Of a stretch of 64,000 nt of DNA, positions 1 to 13,281 are shown in pieces. Location: assembly GCA_001949185.1 (NCBI GenBank), contig BDGG01000002.1, positions 682,001 to 746,000 on the forward strand, read 5' to 3'. Each line of letters begins with the position of its first letter. Position 1 is the stretch's first letter. The translations under genes and the position numbers were made by a program. The notes beneath the pieces were generated by a model. That model did not search any database and was not told the DNA's origin. It saw only the letters and a program-made list of their open reading frames with translations. This stretch comes from Ramazzottius varieornatus. Its lineage: Eukaryota; Animalia; Tardigrada.

Positions 1-1
1 T

Positions 2-322
2 TGCGAGGAGTGCCACAACCCCGTGTCGGACATGAAAGTGCGCACCAAATTTGGCTACTTTCACCCTGACTGCTTCGTTTGCACGGTACGGCAAATCATC
101 AGTCTAACTTTCCAAAGATTGTGTCTGTTGCTGGAGAGTAAGTCGTAAGCTTGGGATTTTTTCCAGGCCTGTAAGTTCCCCTTCATCAATGATCAGGAAA
201 AGACCTACTACAATGTTGATGGACGCCCATTTTGCCATCGAGACGCCATGGAAGAGGTTAACCGCCCAGTGGCGCCATCTGGACACCAGTTTCAGGAGAC
301 CCATGTGCGAGAAGGCTTTTAA
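2..322 (+). CDS. 3' end of LIM-domain protein (PDZ-LIM/ALP/Zasp-like), partial
   Basis: Exons 2-85 and 167-322 (GT-AG intron) give CEECHNPVSDMKVRTKFGYFHPDCFVCT/ACKFPF...NVDGRPFCHRD...GF*, a C2HC-C3D LIM pattern at the C-terminus. Confidence 0.85.
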
Positions 323-1847
323 TCCTGTTTCCCGTATGCACACATCAGATGATATACTTACACGTCGATGGTCCAGATTCGCCTTACGTAGAACAAAAAG
401 TTTTTCTTCGAAAAGAGTGCCATATGAACTAGGAGCATTTTAGGCATGCATGACGTCCTTTTGCATTATGCATATATACCAGTTCAGTACGCGGTTCGTC
501 GCTGAGGACGATATAGAAAGACGTTGACGACCTAGGCAAGGTGGTTTCTTTTTTAAAGGGCCGCATGCCTCCAGCCAATGATACTGCAACATGCGCCGGT
601 TAGGAAAAACTTTTGTCAAGTAAGCTCGCCGAGCTTCCGTTCATTTATCAACTGTCATCTTAATTTATCCTAACTTTGATCTACGTATGGAACGGTTTCT
701 CCCGTGATAGCTATACTCCACACTGACTTCCCACATTCGTTGAATCCGCGTAACGTAGTGATTAGTCGATCTGTTGTTGTGTCGTATAACGATTTGTCAG
801 TTTTGATTTGATATGGCAGATTTCTTTGCCGAGTTTGATTGAGTACATACCCTGTATGCATTCGTAGTAAACCGTCGGTCGTTCCGGAACTGAAAAACTA
901 GGTGGAGTCAACCACTTCCGTTTGATACAATCAAACTAAACGCGATTCATGTGTCCCATTATCGGAAGCTGGATGCAACAAGGAAGTGTATTTACCAAGG
1001 CTAAATTGGGCAAAATGCGTTTGTTAGAACAATCAATTCTCGCCTCCTGTTTGACATATCCAGATCATTCATCCACTTTGATGCTATCATACTATATAAC
1101 GCACAATCTGCCAGTACACGACGTTGCCTGAAATTCGAGGTCACTCGAATAATACAGAAAGGTTGCTTGGGGGCAATACTCTTTGCTCAGCTCAGATTCG
1201 ACCTTGTGCAATCGACGAGAGTATGAGGTGGAGGCCTTTAATAGCATAATCTTCTGTTCTTGAAAAGACCGCAGTATCACGCTCTAATAAGATGTAGAGG
1301 AAGGTTCAGATTGACTAAAGGTCAAGCTTGGCTGAAGGGGAACATTCCCAAAATAAACAAAGGCGGAATTACGATCAGCGTTCGCTGACGTCGGTGAATG
1401 TACGAAGGGTGTGTCGTGGGAGGCATCGATTGAATTAGGGACAGACCGTATTAGTTGATTTAATACAGAGTGTCGTACATCGGATTATGGCTCCACCTGC
1501 AATCCTTGGGGACAAACCGGCCCCAGGGGAACCGAAATTATTTGTTCGTTTATTCAGCCAGCATGATCTTGCTTCCGGCTCTCGCGACATCGGTTATAAA
1601 GACAGGGACTGCGGACTCGTTTCAGTCCCACCTGTCCCTCCTCCTTCCAGACTATGATGCGTGATCTTCACCTTCGCTAGCATCGGAGGTGACAACACCT
1701 TCATTTTGGAAACCTTTCACGACAGGTTGTATTTGGGCTTCAGTCAGCGGGCGGCTGAGGTCCATTGCGAGTTGCCGGTTAATCTTCAACCGAGGAAGGA
1801 AAGAGTTGGCCGATTGCCATCTACACTGGGGAACCTCGGAGTGCGCC

Positions 1848-3402
1848 ATGAAGGACTTTGCTTTGTGCAGCGCGGCATTGTTCATCCTCTGCGCCATTGC
1901 TCAGTGCATTCTTTCTACGGAAGGCATTACGCCCGCAACGTACATCCAGGTTAGTGCGACCACGGGTTTCATCAGTAGTTTGCCTATCAGGACGTCATGA
2001 TGACCAGGTTCGTCGCACATACTTTTCCATATTAAATGACCGCGATGCTCTCGCCCTGGCCATATCTGTGTTTAGAGATTGATGACTAGCAGTAGATGTT
2101 TCGATGAGATGTATGCTGAAGAGAAGAGTCATTTCAATGTCTAAACAATGCGACAACATATTGATAGGACGCGCTAATGGTGCCCCTCATACTGAATTTA
2201 TGCAAAGGATGTTGGCGAGAGCGAAGAGTAGTTTCTGTTTTGCCATCTTTGCCGACAAGTTTGATTATCAAAGTAATGCGAACCGGCTAGGTGTGTCAGG
2301 GTTTGAGATGAAGGAATACCGCCGTTCTCCTTCGTGATCACTCGGCCCCTCAAAATACCCCGCATGCTCAATTCTTTACTGCCCAAGCGTGATTACGCCT
2401 GGAATGGTGGTGTCGGCTGGCGAACCACATTCATTTTGCAATAGTACCGAGTAATTGGTTATACCTCTCGACGTCAGATCCGTCTGTTGATGTGGCCAGG
2501 GCTGAATACGGCAAAGATGACGCAGTCAAAAAACACACAAGAAACATCGACAAATAAGACGAATATCAATAGTTCAGTATTAAAGATTCAGATAGCCGGT
2601 GCAAAACCGAAGTCTTCTCGATTTTCTTGCAGCATCGGGTTTACTGTCTCGACCCCTCAAACACACACTTCTCTCGGAATCGGCAAAGTTTGAGAGCGAA
2701 AGGCAAGATAAGAGCTCTATAATTCCTGTTTTTTGCTCTTCGGGATATCCACACATTAAGTTAGACTGTTGGCTATTTTCCTGAGCCGGGAAACATGTCG
2801 CTTATTCCTTGAAGCTTGACAAAACTCTGGAAGCTCATGCGTTTTTGCAGAGGACAAAAGTTTAACGAGACAATACAGTACTGTATGATACAGCAGTGTC
2901 TTTCTCGCGAGAAGAACAATAACGAAGTATTTTGGCGGAATGGTGCGGAACTATGCCGGTTCGCTCATGCGTTTTTTCCAAAGGAAAGGTCCACCATTTG
3001 CCTGTTGTCGCTTGATATGTCCGTCTCACCAATGTGTCATTCCAGGCTCCGCCATTGTTGGGTCCATTTGCCGGATGGAATGCTGCGCTAGCGTCGCCGC
3101 GTGTTCTCTTCAAACGTTCGGCCTTCTCCTCCCTTCTGAACCGCGTGCGGGAACAAATGCAGCGTAGTCGTGCCGCTCCGGAATTGCCCGAAGTTGTGGT
3201 GACAGGCGAGCCCGCCATTGTGGCTGCCGATCTGGAAGCCACCGGCGCGCAGATGGCCAAAGATACAGCAGAATACCCTGACGTCCCCACCGTCCTTTCA
3301 CCTCGCATCGCAACTATCTGCTACATGAACCCCGTTTCCTGCTTTGGGCGACGACGCATGGGGGCAACCAAGTACGACAACCTGGACAAGCGCCGCTACT
3401 AG
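1848..3402 (+). CDS. Allatostatin-C-family neuropeptide precursor
   Basis: Exon 1848-1949 encodes a signal peptide (MKDFALCSAALFILCAIAQC); phase-0 splice to exon 3046-3402 with KR site and R-IATICYMNPVSCF-GRRR, matching the AstC CxxNxxSCF core. Confidence 0.85.
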
Positions 3403-3416
3403 CTATGGAACACTTA

Positions 3417-3734
3417 CGAGGGAAAGGTTGTAAAGTTAGCCGTCCCATACCGGGTTCGTAAAGTTAGCCGTCTAAGTTTGCCTGTTCTCTACTAGTCAAT
3501 CGCAAACTTTCAAGGATAGATCGGTAGATAAAATGATGAGCTGTCGAATGGGATTAGGTGCAGCCAACGCGACGAGTCAGAGAATCCAAGAGATCCGCAA
3601 TTAAAGAAACGTTGAAATCCCATGTTAAAAAGCCAAGGCTGACAATCAAATAGTCCATCAGGCGATAGACGCTACAGCCGTGGCTAACTTTACAAACCTG
3701 GTATGGGGCGGCTAAGTTTACAACCTTTCCCTCG
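3417..3734. mobile_element. Mariner-type MITE
   Basis: TIRs CGAGGGAAAGGTTGTAAA.TTAGCCG / CGGCTAAGTTTACAACCTTTCCCTCG flanked by TA at 3415-16 and 3735-36. Confidence 0.85.
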
Positions 3735-4356
3735 TATACATTGTGTCGACTCCTTCACCGGAAGTAGATAACTGAAGGAGCAAGACGAGCCCATGCAGCT
3801 ACGTCCGTTCCTCATTTCCATTGTCGGACTGTCTTCTCGTCATTCCTCGCACTGCAGACATTTAAACATACTGAGCTTGTCTTCTGCTGATTATTCTGAG
3901 CTGTAACGTGTTGGCTTTTTGTTAAATTCTTGTTGTGGTTTCTTCAAAGAATGATACGAATCCAAGTAACCGTTGGCTATTATCGGAATCCAACGAAAGG
4001 CTCCCTTCACACTACAACCTACGAGGGTTGTCTTCGAACGAGCATCGCGCAGATCCAGGAACCACGCTATCACTTTACGTATAATAAGTAATCATCCGTC
4101 GACCTTATCAAGACATCAAACTCAATCGTCAATCGCGAAATCCCTTTAATAATGCAACCTTTCCACCAGGTGCGTTTCGGTCCTAACCGGATGACTGATT
4201 GAATTGAATACTGACCGGACCGTCACGTGTTCGAAATACTTTAGGTGTGTTCGACAAGATACTTTTTGAATGACTGAAATCGGACGACGGGTTCGGGACA
4301 TACAAGGAAGCAAATGATGGCCCTGGTTGCCCATGACCCGTGACGGTGACTGTATG

Positions 4357-5240
4357 TAGCCGGCGCTTTTGTTACTTCGTTACCTATTGGAATACTAATG
4401 ATTACGACGCCCTCTGGTGGTAATTACGACGAAATATGGTAATAAATGTGCCGACCTTTAGCAATAAGTGCACCGACCTTTGGTGACAAGTATGACGTTC
4501 TTTATGAAAAATTTTTCCGCACCGAGTGGTTTGTGTCCCGCAACGTCTACCACTGACCCAATGTTCGGCACAGGGATAGCTTGCACCTTAAGTTAAACAG
4601 GACGTATTGGTGATCGCAGAAACGCGAGTTGGGTAGTCCGAGGGTCGCTCGCGTTTTCTCACCTCTGGTGGCAAAAATGACAAGATTCTGCGACCAAGCC
4701 ACGCCACCAATGGGTATGCTGCCAATAGGGATGCAGAGCAATAGTCAAGCAGCTGTTTCCGGTACAAATCTGCGTCTTGGCAGCATACCCAGTGATCCTG
4801 CGGCTGGTTTCACAGAGTGGTGTTGTCTTGAACAGCGGAGGAGCGGAAACTGGTGCAGGCCTTGGACTTCCCAATCTGCATTTCTGCCATGACCACCAAG
4901 CCGTTTATCTGCGGACCAAGCTATCCCCTCTCCAAGCATCAGTCCGGTGACACACGTTGTAAGAAGCAAACCGCATGGTGAAGAAAAAGGTCACGTTTTG
5001 TGAAGATTGTCGTGCCTATTACCAAAGGTCAGCGCACTTACCATCAAAGTTCGCCATACTTGTTACCCCTCCGATGAGCTAACAGGATGCTTTCGCGCCG
5101 GCCGCATACGTAGGTAGCCGGAGCCTTTATTACTTCTTTACCCACTGGGATAGTGATTACGATGCCATTTGGTGATAAGAGTGTCGACTTTTGGTAATAA
5201 ATGGCATGAACTTCCAAAAGTCGTTATACTTATTACCCGT
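4357..5240. repeat. Degenerate foldback/MITE-like repeat with short subterminal repeats
   Basis: 4357-4490 resembles 5115-5200 directly; GGTAATAAGTG..CCGACCTTT units near 4438-4490 are inverted at 5015-5065. Confidence 0.45.
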
Positions 5241-5669
5241 CCAACAACAATACAGTCTACTCGCTCAAAATGTATACCAAATTTCCGATTTCGAAACACG
5301 AAAATCAATCAAAGTTCACGATACTGCTCGTCATGCCGACACAGACGGAAACGTGCGCCTTGATTACTTGATTTCCTCAGTTAACTCATTGTGAAATGTT
5401 TGTGTTATGTAGTTCCGGCATGTAGCCTAGCACGCCGTGGATAATAAGTGCACTGTATATTAATACAATGGTGATTCACTTGACATTCTGCGGGACCCTT
5501 CTGGCACTGACCATAATGCCAGGAAAATGTGTTCGAACTAGTTCGGCTACCGGCCCGCACAAACTCCTTGTGCTTCGTGTTGGCCTCCATCTGGTGCGCG
5601 ATATGGTCATGCCTTGATTACCATAGATCGTTTCTGGGCAGCGTTCTGTTAAAGTAAATTACCAATACT

Positions 5670-6759
5670 ATCACAAAAGGAAGGCCGCTTGCGCGACTGT
5701 ATCCTCAACGTGGTTGTTGGCATCGTCGACGGTCGCTGATTTCGACGTGGAAAAGCTCTGTGCTGCTGAGCAGTCAGCGTGGGTTGAGCAGTCTGGTGTT
5801 GAACTGCCAATGCCTGAGCTGCGGGTCCACCAACGGCTGTGGGACCAGCTCATCGTCCAGAAGCACTTTCTCGCAGTCGTGGCTTCCTACTCTGAGTCGG
5901 AGGAAGAAACGGCTCGAATCCTCGCCGCTTCCACGAAGGAGTCTGGCGCGTGGCTGAATGCGTTGCCGGCATCCTGTCTGGGCAACCTTCTCGACGACGA
6001 CTCACTGCGCATTTCGGTCGGTCTCAGGCTAGGAGCCCCGATCTGCGAACCTCACACATGTCGGTGCTCGGCTACGGTCGACATCCACGGGCGCCAAGGT
6101 TTAAGCTGTAAGTATTCCGCTAGCCGCCACAGTGGACATTCCTCCCATAACGAGTCCTTGCGCCGTGCTTTAGTCTCTTGTCAAGTCCAAGCCGTCTTGG
6201 AGCCCAACGGTGTCCTGCGGGACGACTCTCAGAAAAGGCCAGACGGGATGACGCTGGGTCCTTGGAAGGAGGGCGAGGCGCTGGTGTGGGATGTGGCCTG
6301 CGTCGACTCCGTTTGCCAGACCTATCGTGAGGGATCTGCGCAGAACGCGGGCTACGCAGCTAACAAGGCCGAGGAGAACAAACGTCTGAAGTACCAGAGA
6401 CTCGAAGGCAGCTACTTCTTTTGTCCAGTTGGTTTCGAGACCTTCGGTCCTGCAGCCACCAGCCTCTTGAGAGAGATAAGAGGAAGAATGGCTGACCGAA
6501 CCGGGGAAAAGAGATCCTCGGAATTTTTGAGAGAGAATTAGCATTGATACTCAGAGGGGTAACGCAGCCCGTGTTTTAGGCACGTTCCCTTTTTCTCGCG
6601 GTTTGGATGAGATTTTTTACATTTTAAATGTGAGTAGCGAGATGGTCTAGCGTGTTTTTGTTTTCCAAGCTTGACTCAGACTTTTTGTTAATATCGTTAG
6701 CTATGTGCTGTTTGTTGTTAACCGCAAACCTCGTATACTGAATAAAATTATAAAAAAAA
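5670..6759 (+). mobile_element. 5'-truncated non-LTR retrotransposon (CRE-like, restriction-like endonuclease), frameshifted
   Basis: ORF 5714-6541 has WLNALP..LG.LLD...RLG, a Zn-knuckle CxC...GLSC..RH and RPDG...LVWD endonuclease motifs; frameshift in GAGAGAG at ~6535 continues ISIDTQRGNAA; AATAAA at 6741 then an A-rich tail; no RT domain. Confidence 0.8.
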
Positions 6760-7649
6760 GTAAAACAAATGAATCAGATTTTTTTGTCTGTATAATCCTG
6801 GACACGATGAGGGACAGAAACAAAGAGACGAGCAGGAGCCAGAAACGACATGTGGTGAAAGAGTGCGGAGCCTTCGTTCTGATTGGGATATTACACCACC
6901 ACACTGCAGCGACTCTGTTTGCCAATCTGGTGACCGAATCAATCAAGCCCAAAGAAGACGCTTATCAATGGTGATGCAGTTGTTGGTTAGACCAAGTTTT
7001 CGTGTTTATGTGTGTGAAGTTGGCGTTGGTAAAATTGTCTCAAGTTCCGTCAGTATGAGAGCATCGTCTGGCTAGCTATTGTGTCGAGCGACGGTCTTTG
7101 TGTTTAGTCGCCACATTACTACAGTGTGGGTGGGTTATGAAGTGTATGAAGCTTTTCATAACCTGCATGTTTCTACTATTTGGCGACTGTGTCTGTAAGC
7201 TGCGCGATCTTCCACCATTCGGACACCATTCTGCTGTAGTACCTTCGACAAAGACGTTAATACATACACCAGCAGTTGAATGACTTTGAGAAGTCTTTGG
7301 GCCACGCCCAACTTACCAGAAGACGAAGACGGTGCTGCTAGCCAGCAGAAAAAACACCAGTGGGAGGAAGAACCAGGCCATGACCGAGTTGTGGGTTTCT
7401 GAAGCCAACAGACCTGCGCTGGACACTTCCGCAAACTTTAGATCAGTGAAAGTTTCCCTACCCGTGGCGCATTTTGTGGCACCCAGATTAACAAAATAAC
7501 TGCACAGCGGCTCCCCTATCGGTAGATGGTTTCTTCCGTACCACGACACGGTTGATTTCGGAAGAGGATTCCAGTAGAAACAGCCGTCATCTTCTTCCGA
7601 TTCCAGGTAGTCCTAGCCAAACAGAGATGAAAGAGGCCGACTGGTAAAA

Positions 7650-7836
7650 CAGTACACGTACGGCAAGAAATTATGGGACAGGCGGTAAGGACTGCAAAAT
7701 GGAAAAGCAACTGGAGAGAAGCGTCGGAAAGTGTACTAGAATGGATCAGCTGTACACGTAAGTGCTTCCATACCGTCATAGCCAAAAGGCTCGTCCCGTG
7801 GTTACTGTCTGATTATTTCTCGTCGTACGCGTACCG
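7650..7836. mobile_element. MITE family A (TIR CAGTACACGYACGAYGAGAAATT), intronic copy
   Basis: Inverted ends; internal similarity to 14579-14787, 22520-22590 and 58229-58684. Confidence 0.7.
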
Positions 7837-7864
7837 GCCCCGGCCCCGGCCCCGGCCCCGGCCC
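7834..7864 (-). repeat. (GGGGCC)5 hexamer microsatellite
   Basis: ccggccccggccccggccccggccccggccc read directly. Confidence 0.95.
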
Positions 7865-9318
7865 TAACTGTCGGATGGAACAAAACGTGTTGTTGACGAT
7901 CTCAAGACCACGGCTCTGTTCATCCATTATGATGCAGAATGCAAAGCTCCTTTTCGGAGTCTGGGCAGATGTTTTTGTCCCATCCAACGATTAGGACAAG
8001 TGCAAGTGGTGGAAATGACTTGTACGCATGGAAAACGGACCGAAAATATTCCTGATTCGTTGTCGAAAGACTGAACCAAACTGTGGGTTGCTCTTTCGGA
8101 GTAGCGGTTCAAGTTGAGGGTGCCCAGACGAGTCGTAAAATTTCGAATTTTGAATTTCTGAAGGTCTTTGCCGGAAAATCGAGACATGTTGGTGCTTTCT
8201 ATGACTATGCCGTGCAAAACCTGAAGTCGACAAAGTTTGGATGTATGAAAACAGTCTTCGGCTGCGCCTTTACCTGTCCGAGAATTTCCACGGCTTGGTA
8301 GACGGTTACCAGATAGGGCACTGGCTGTGAAACCGAGCTGATTGATGCCGTTCACGTACATACAATATACATGAGTCGAAGTTCTTGCTGTACACGCGCA
8401 GTTTGGAACAGTGAAGAATTTGGACAAGGCGATCCCTATTTCGTGGAGCGAAAGTTCGTAAATTTGAGTGCAGTTCACACCACTGCGCTTTTTTATCCCT
8501 TTTCTACGGTTGGATTTTGAGTTTGCCGTCTTTTCCGTCTGATTCAGACTTTTTACTGCTCCAAAATTCCCTTCGCGCGTGTACGTAAGCCTTGGAATAT
8601 ACCGGTACTATAGGAAAATTTGTTGTGTTGGCTACAGGATTTTCCCGAAAATACTCAGACCATTGATTCATAAGTTTGATAGTTTCCTGGTTTGTGGTTC
8701 GCTTAGATCCAACATTAGTGCTGTGCAGCGGCAACACAGTCTGATATGCCTGTTTCACAACCTGTGGGGAAAAACCGACGTAACCCTGTGAGAACGTACC
8801 AGTGTCCGAACAAGTATAATACAGTGTGGTTCCGCCATCAAGTATTACCACATCGTCTTCGTCATGATTTTGCCAAGTGAAGTTCCCGTAAAATGGATGC
8901 GGAAATGGCTGACCGGCAATGAATACGCACTCACCGCCCGTCATCTTTCCCTAGCGATCGGTTGTACGTATAAAGGTGTTTAAAAAATATCTGTGGTTAC
9001 TTTATTTGAAGTGAACTTGCATCTACAGATGCATTGGCTAATTCAGAATATCGGTACTGTGGAAACTAAAAACTACTTTTAGAAAACAAAAGCCCAAATC
9101 AGTGGAATTCATTATTCACACTTGCGCGTCATCGATGCAGCGAATGGGCGCCCCGTTCAGTGATGACGAATTTATTTGGGATTAGAGCGGCGATGCATAC
9201 TCCAGTGAAACAGATCGTTCTTGTTATCGAAAGTTCGGAACGCTGTCGCAAAATGGCTGCGGAAGGGAGCCGGCGTTTGGTACAAGAGTAAATTCAACGA
9301 TAAGAAACAAATGTGGAG

Positions 9319-11330
9319 TCATTCTTGTGGCGCTGTTGCGTATTTATTAGGGTCAAGTACGTAGCTGATCTTGTTGGTCAAACTTGACGTGAAACGCTTC
9401 TTGAGTTCTTGTTCACTAGGACGTTCGTCGTTCCACTTATCACCGGCGTTTTCTTTCTTCTGCGTACGAAAAGCTAAGACGTGATCTACGAGGAAGAAGA
9501 CCGAATAAATTAAGTGAGGAGCGCCAGTGTACCGATTTATTGAGTGTGCACCAGAATGGGTGTGCGTTGGCACCAGAGTGGGTCCAACCGCCGCTACACG
9601 AAAGCGCAGAGAAACTCGTGCACTTTCCGTAGAAGGCAGTCCAGTTCTTTTGTCCAAACAACTTCACAAACCCGACACCGTCAGGCTTTATTTCCGAAAG
9701 CGAGATGACTTCGTCGTTGTTGATCAGCAGATGGAACATGACTTTCCGGGCGTACTCTGTTGCGTGTTTGGATTTTTCCTGGAGCTTCCTTAAGCCTTTC
9801 TTGTCCACCCACATCTCGGACTTTCCTAACCGGCAAAATCTTTCGCGATCGGCTTTCGGTCCACGTTCGAACTTCCATTTGATCATGGGAATAATAACAG
9901 CACGAAATTTATTCAGTATTGCACTCAATTCGCCGATACTATCTGAACAGTGAAGCAGCGTGAAACTCAGCGGTAATCATACAAGGCGAATTCTAAACGA
10001 TCTACTGTTTGAAAAGAACACTGGAACATCGAGTTACCTTTGGCTCTCGGCTTTCGGGTCTTCCCAGCAGCTCCGTTCATTTTCAGCAGCTTATGGTAGT
10101 CTGAAAAACAGGAGCTTGTTTTGGGAGAAAATTAAAATATGAAGTGTCGGCTGGTCATACATTGAAAATTCTTCTTGTAAATATCTTGCTTCTTGGCCCA
10201 TGCTTCCTTTGTGGCGTGGTCCACTTGGTTGGTCGGTGTGACTTCTCTCGAATGGCTGGTCGAACGCAGCCCTGTGAAGAATATTGCAATCCTAACGCTA
10301 CCGTACCACTTGAGTGGTCGAAATTAATTCTATTCACATACCTGATCTTTGGTTTGCCGACATGTTCGTGTATCCATCTTCAGAACGAACTTTACTGCTT
10401 TCACGAGAGCTATCGCAGTCTGCAATCAGCATTGTCATTAAACAATTTTGTCACTCATCATATTAGAATTATCATGTTTACTAACATTTCTCCTTGCTTG
10501 GCGAATACTCGTTTCCCGTGAAATTTTCCGGATCGTATGATTCCTCTTCGGCGTACTCTTCCGTTCCGGTTGATAACTTATCAACAGCAATACTGCGGTC
10601 TGCGGTTGTATCACGGAAATATGAAGCGGATGGACCAGGACTGTGGACTCACTTCGAAAGAATGAACAGAGCTTGTAGTAGAAAGAGAACGACGGGGCAT
10701 CTTTGTTGTCGAATGTTGTGACTGTAGGTCAGTGTCTTCTTCCTCCATTTCGTCGCTGCTGGTGTGCAGGAGACGCACTCTTGTGCCATTCTTTCTTTGC
10801 TCTTTGACTGACTAGACGACTGCGTTTGGACGTCATCTCTTGCTCTCTTTATTCTAGCAGCAGTCTTTTTCCTTTCTTCGGTGCCTTGTAGAGCTTCTTG
10901 TTCTGGGAAAGAGGAAACAGAAAGTGGGTCACGAGCGGAACGTATCAATAACATGGGATTTTGGTAGCCAGTCTGTATTAAAGTTTTTGTAAATATTTGG
11001 CTAAAAGATCTGTTCATTCTATAGTGGCCATACCTTGTTCTTTCGGTCCTCTTCGAGCACAGTAAACTGTCGCTCCATGTCTTTGAAGCTATCTCCTACC
11101 GCGTAGACGGTGGCTTTGGACTTGTTGAAGGCAGCAGTCCAAAACAGACGAACCTTCATTCCTGGCTTAAGCACTTACTTATGCCGCTGCTTCTTCTTGT
11201 CTTCATCGTGTATTTCTGAAATCTTGTCCGGAAAGATCTTGCTTGGTGGAAGGAGGTGGTAGTAGTCATCGGCGTACTGGAATATGACCGTCACCAGAAC
11301 AACAAGCCCTAGTTCGATTGTTGTTAAAAA
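9319..11330 (-). pseudogene. BEN-domain protein (BEND5-like architecture), transposon cargo
   Basis: N-term VIFQYADDYYHLLP...GMKVRLFW...KATVYAVGDSFKDME with in-frame TAA at 11175; C-term RLGKSEMWVD..L....SKHATEYARKVMFHLL..DE...TAFY/DHV...FTSSLTNK fits a BEN helix pattern; GT-AG introns. Confidence 0.6.
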
Positions 11331-12170
11331 CGGGAATACCGCATCAAAAGAAAGAGACATTTACGGCCAGCATCCCGTGTTCGAGTCTGAAGGCTGACAA
11401 ATTCTTGGCTGACAGGCTTGTTTCCTCCCTCATCAGATGTAGCCACCTGGTCTCGCTGTTTAGCTCTCTTACCGTTTCATTTGGAACCCATGACGAAGGA
11501 GAGCAACACCTGCGAACATGTATGGCAAACGACAGCAAGTAATTCGAAATGATGATTAAAACTAATCCGTTTCTCAACGGCTCATTTCGGTGTTAATAAT
11601 TATTCTAGAAATAAAATTCAGCAATGTACTGAACGCACGTTGAACGCAGCGTCTGATTAGCTGCGTCATTCATTCCTACGTCACTCTACAGTATTTCATA
11701 CGTAATTTCACGTTTTGTTACTGGCTAATTATTTCACGTTTTGTCACGTGCCAGGAGAGGCGATTGACTGAGCAAACTCCAGGTTTCATTAGCTGGACGC
11801 CATAAGTCAGCTACCGAACCGGACATTATCCCCACTACAGTACTACCTCGCAAAGGAAATCCGAACGACTGGGCTGGAAGCTCAGACGTTGCGGCTACCG
11901 ACAGTGATCCAACTGTCGATACGACTTCTAGCTTTGACGACGACTGTTCCTCCATGGATTCCGACAGCACGGACTCCGAAGATGAGACCAGAGAAGAGAG
12001 CACTGCCACAGGTATGCGAGTGAATGCATGTTCCCCTTTCAAAGTTGAGCAGGGCTAGTGTCATAACGGTGCTAAAGTGCGCCACACCTCCGAATTACCG
12101 GGTGGTTTACCCACTCTTCTGCAATCAGTCTTTTGTTCGCAGTAACGTAATCCAGTCTTTTAGACGACGA

Positions 12171-12920
12171 TGGACAACACACTGTCGTCGGCTGGACATG
12201 TCAGCAAATCTGCATCTTTCGTCTTGCTATCGCCCGGAAAATGAGATAGGGCGAGTAACACGCAAGATTTGCGGCACGCACAATAACACAAAGAACATCA
12301 TGGAAAGTTTCCTAAAGTTGCAGGAATGTACAGCACGCATGGAAAACATGCTGTTTCGGAAACAGCAAGTTTGTGACAACAGCAAAGAGACTAATGCGAG
12401 TGCTCGCATCACCCTACGTCATCAAAGGAGCAGCCGGAGCTTGCCGGTTGGTTGGCCAATCTAGTGTGATCGAAGACGGGGGAGTGTACGCGGAAGTGAG
12501 ACGAGAAGGAAGAAAGAGGGAAGAATGTTGGTCGCGAGACAGAGTTTACTGCTTCAGAAAAGCTGCGGTTGAAGTGGAAATTGTTGTAAGAACGAAAAAG
12601 CATAGTCAGTCGCACCAGAAGAATGATGTCAACGAGTGTGCAATGCACATAGACATGATCATAGCAGTTATGGATTGTGAGAAGAAAAATATTCTACACA
12701 CATTTGTGTATGCAAAACTGTTCAGAAAGCCGGACGAGAATGAGCTGGAAGACAGAATTGCTGGGTTATCCAGGGCAGAATGTCCTCATATCTTTTATAC
12801 TAGACCTTCTGAAAATATTCTGTTGCCTACCTCCGATCTTCAAAAACATGTTGCTTTTCTGGCTTGGTCCGACGATGATTCGGGAATTATTGTGAGTCCG
12901 CCTTCAAATATCTACATGAC
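12171..12920 (+). pseudogene. C-terminal fragment of CMC/EnSpm-type transposase
   Basis: H.....SANLHLSSCYRPENEIGRVTRKICGTHNNTKNIMESF resembles the H..GPL...S.F.FE..NG.L...I.GT.N...QI motif; frameshift ~12460; catalytic N-terminal part not seen. Confidence 0.55.
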
Positions 12921-13281
12921 TACGTGTATGAATAATACCAATAACATCTCTTCAATGAAAAGTATCGGAAGCTATTCGCGTCATTCGGAACTGCGAAATG
13001 ACTTGCTGTCCCATACCGGATTGCACCAGAATGGGTCAGCAATTGCTGTGGGTGGGTGAGCAATGGTACCAAAGTGGGTGCTTTGCCCGTACAGAGAGCA
13101 TAGCCAAACACTATACAGTAATGGGACAGACAAGCTAAGTGCTCGGGTCTAACACTCGAGCTTTTCTATTTAACTTACCATTCAGTCAGACAGTGGTCAT
13201 TCAGTTGGTATCAACTACGATCACCTTCTTCTGCTGCAGTTTTCCGTCGTTAATCTGTCTTTCTGCCTCAATATGGGATAA

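Noticed and set aside
7313-7382. MAWFFLPLVFFLL as the signal peptide of a small gene
   Set aside because: Better explained as the TM exon of the NPR-like pseudogene
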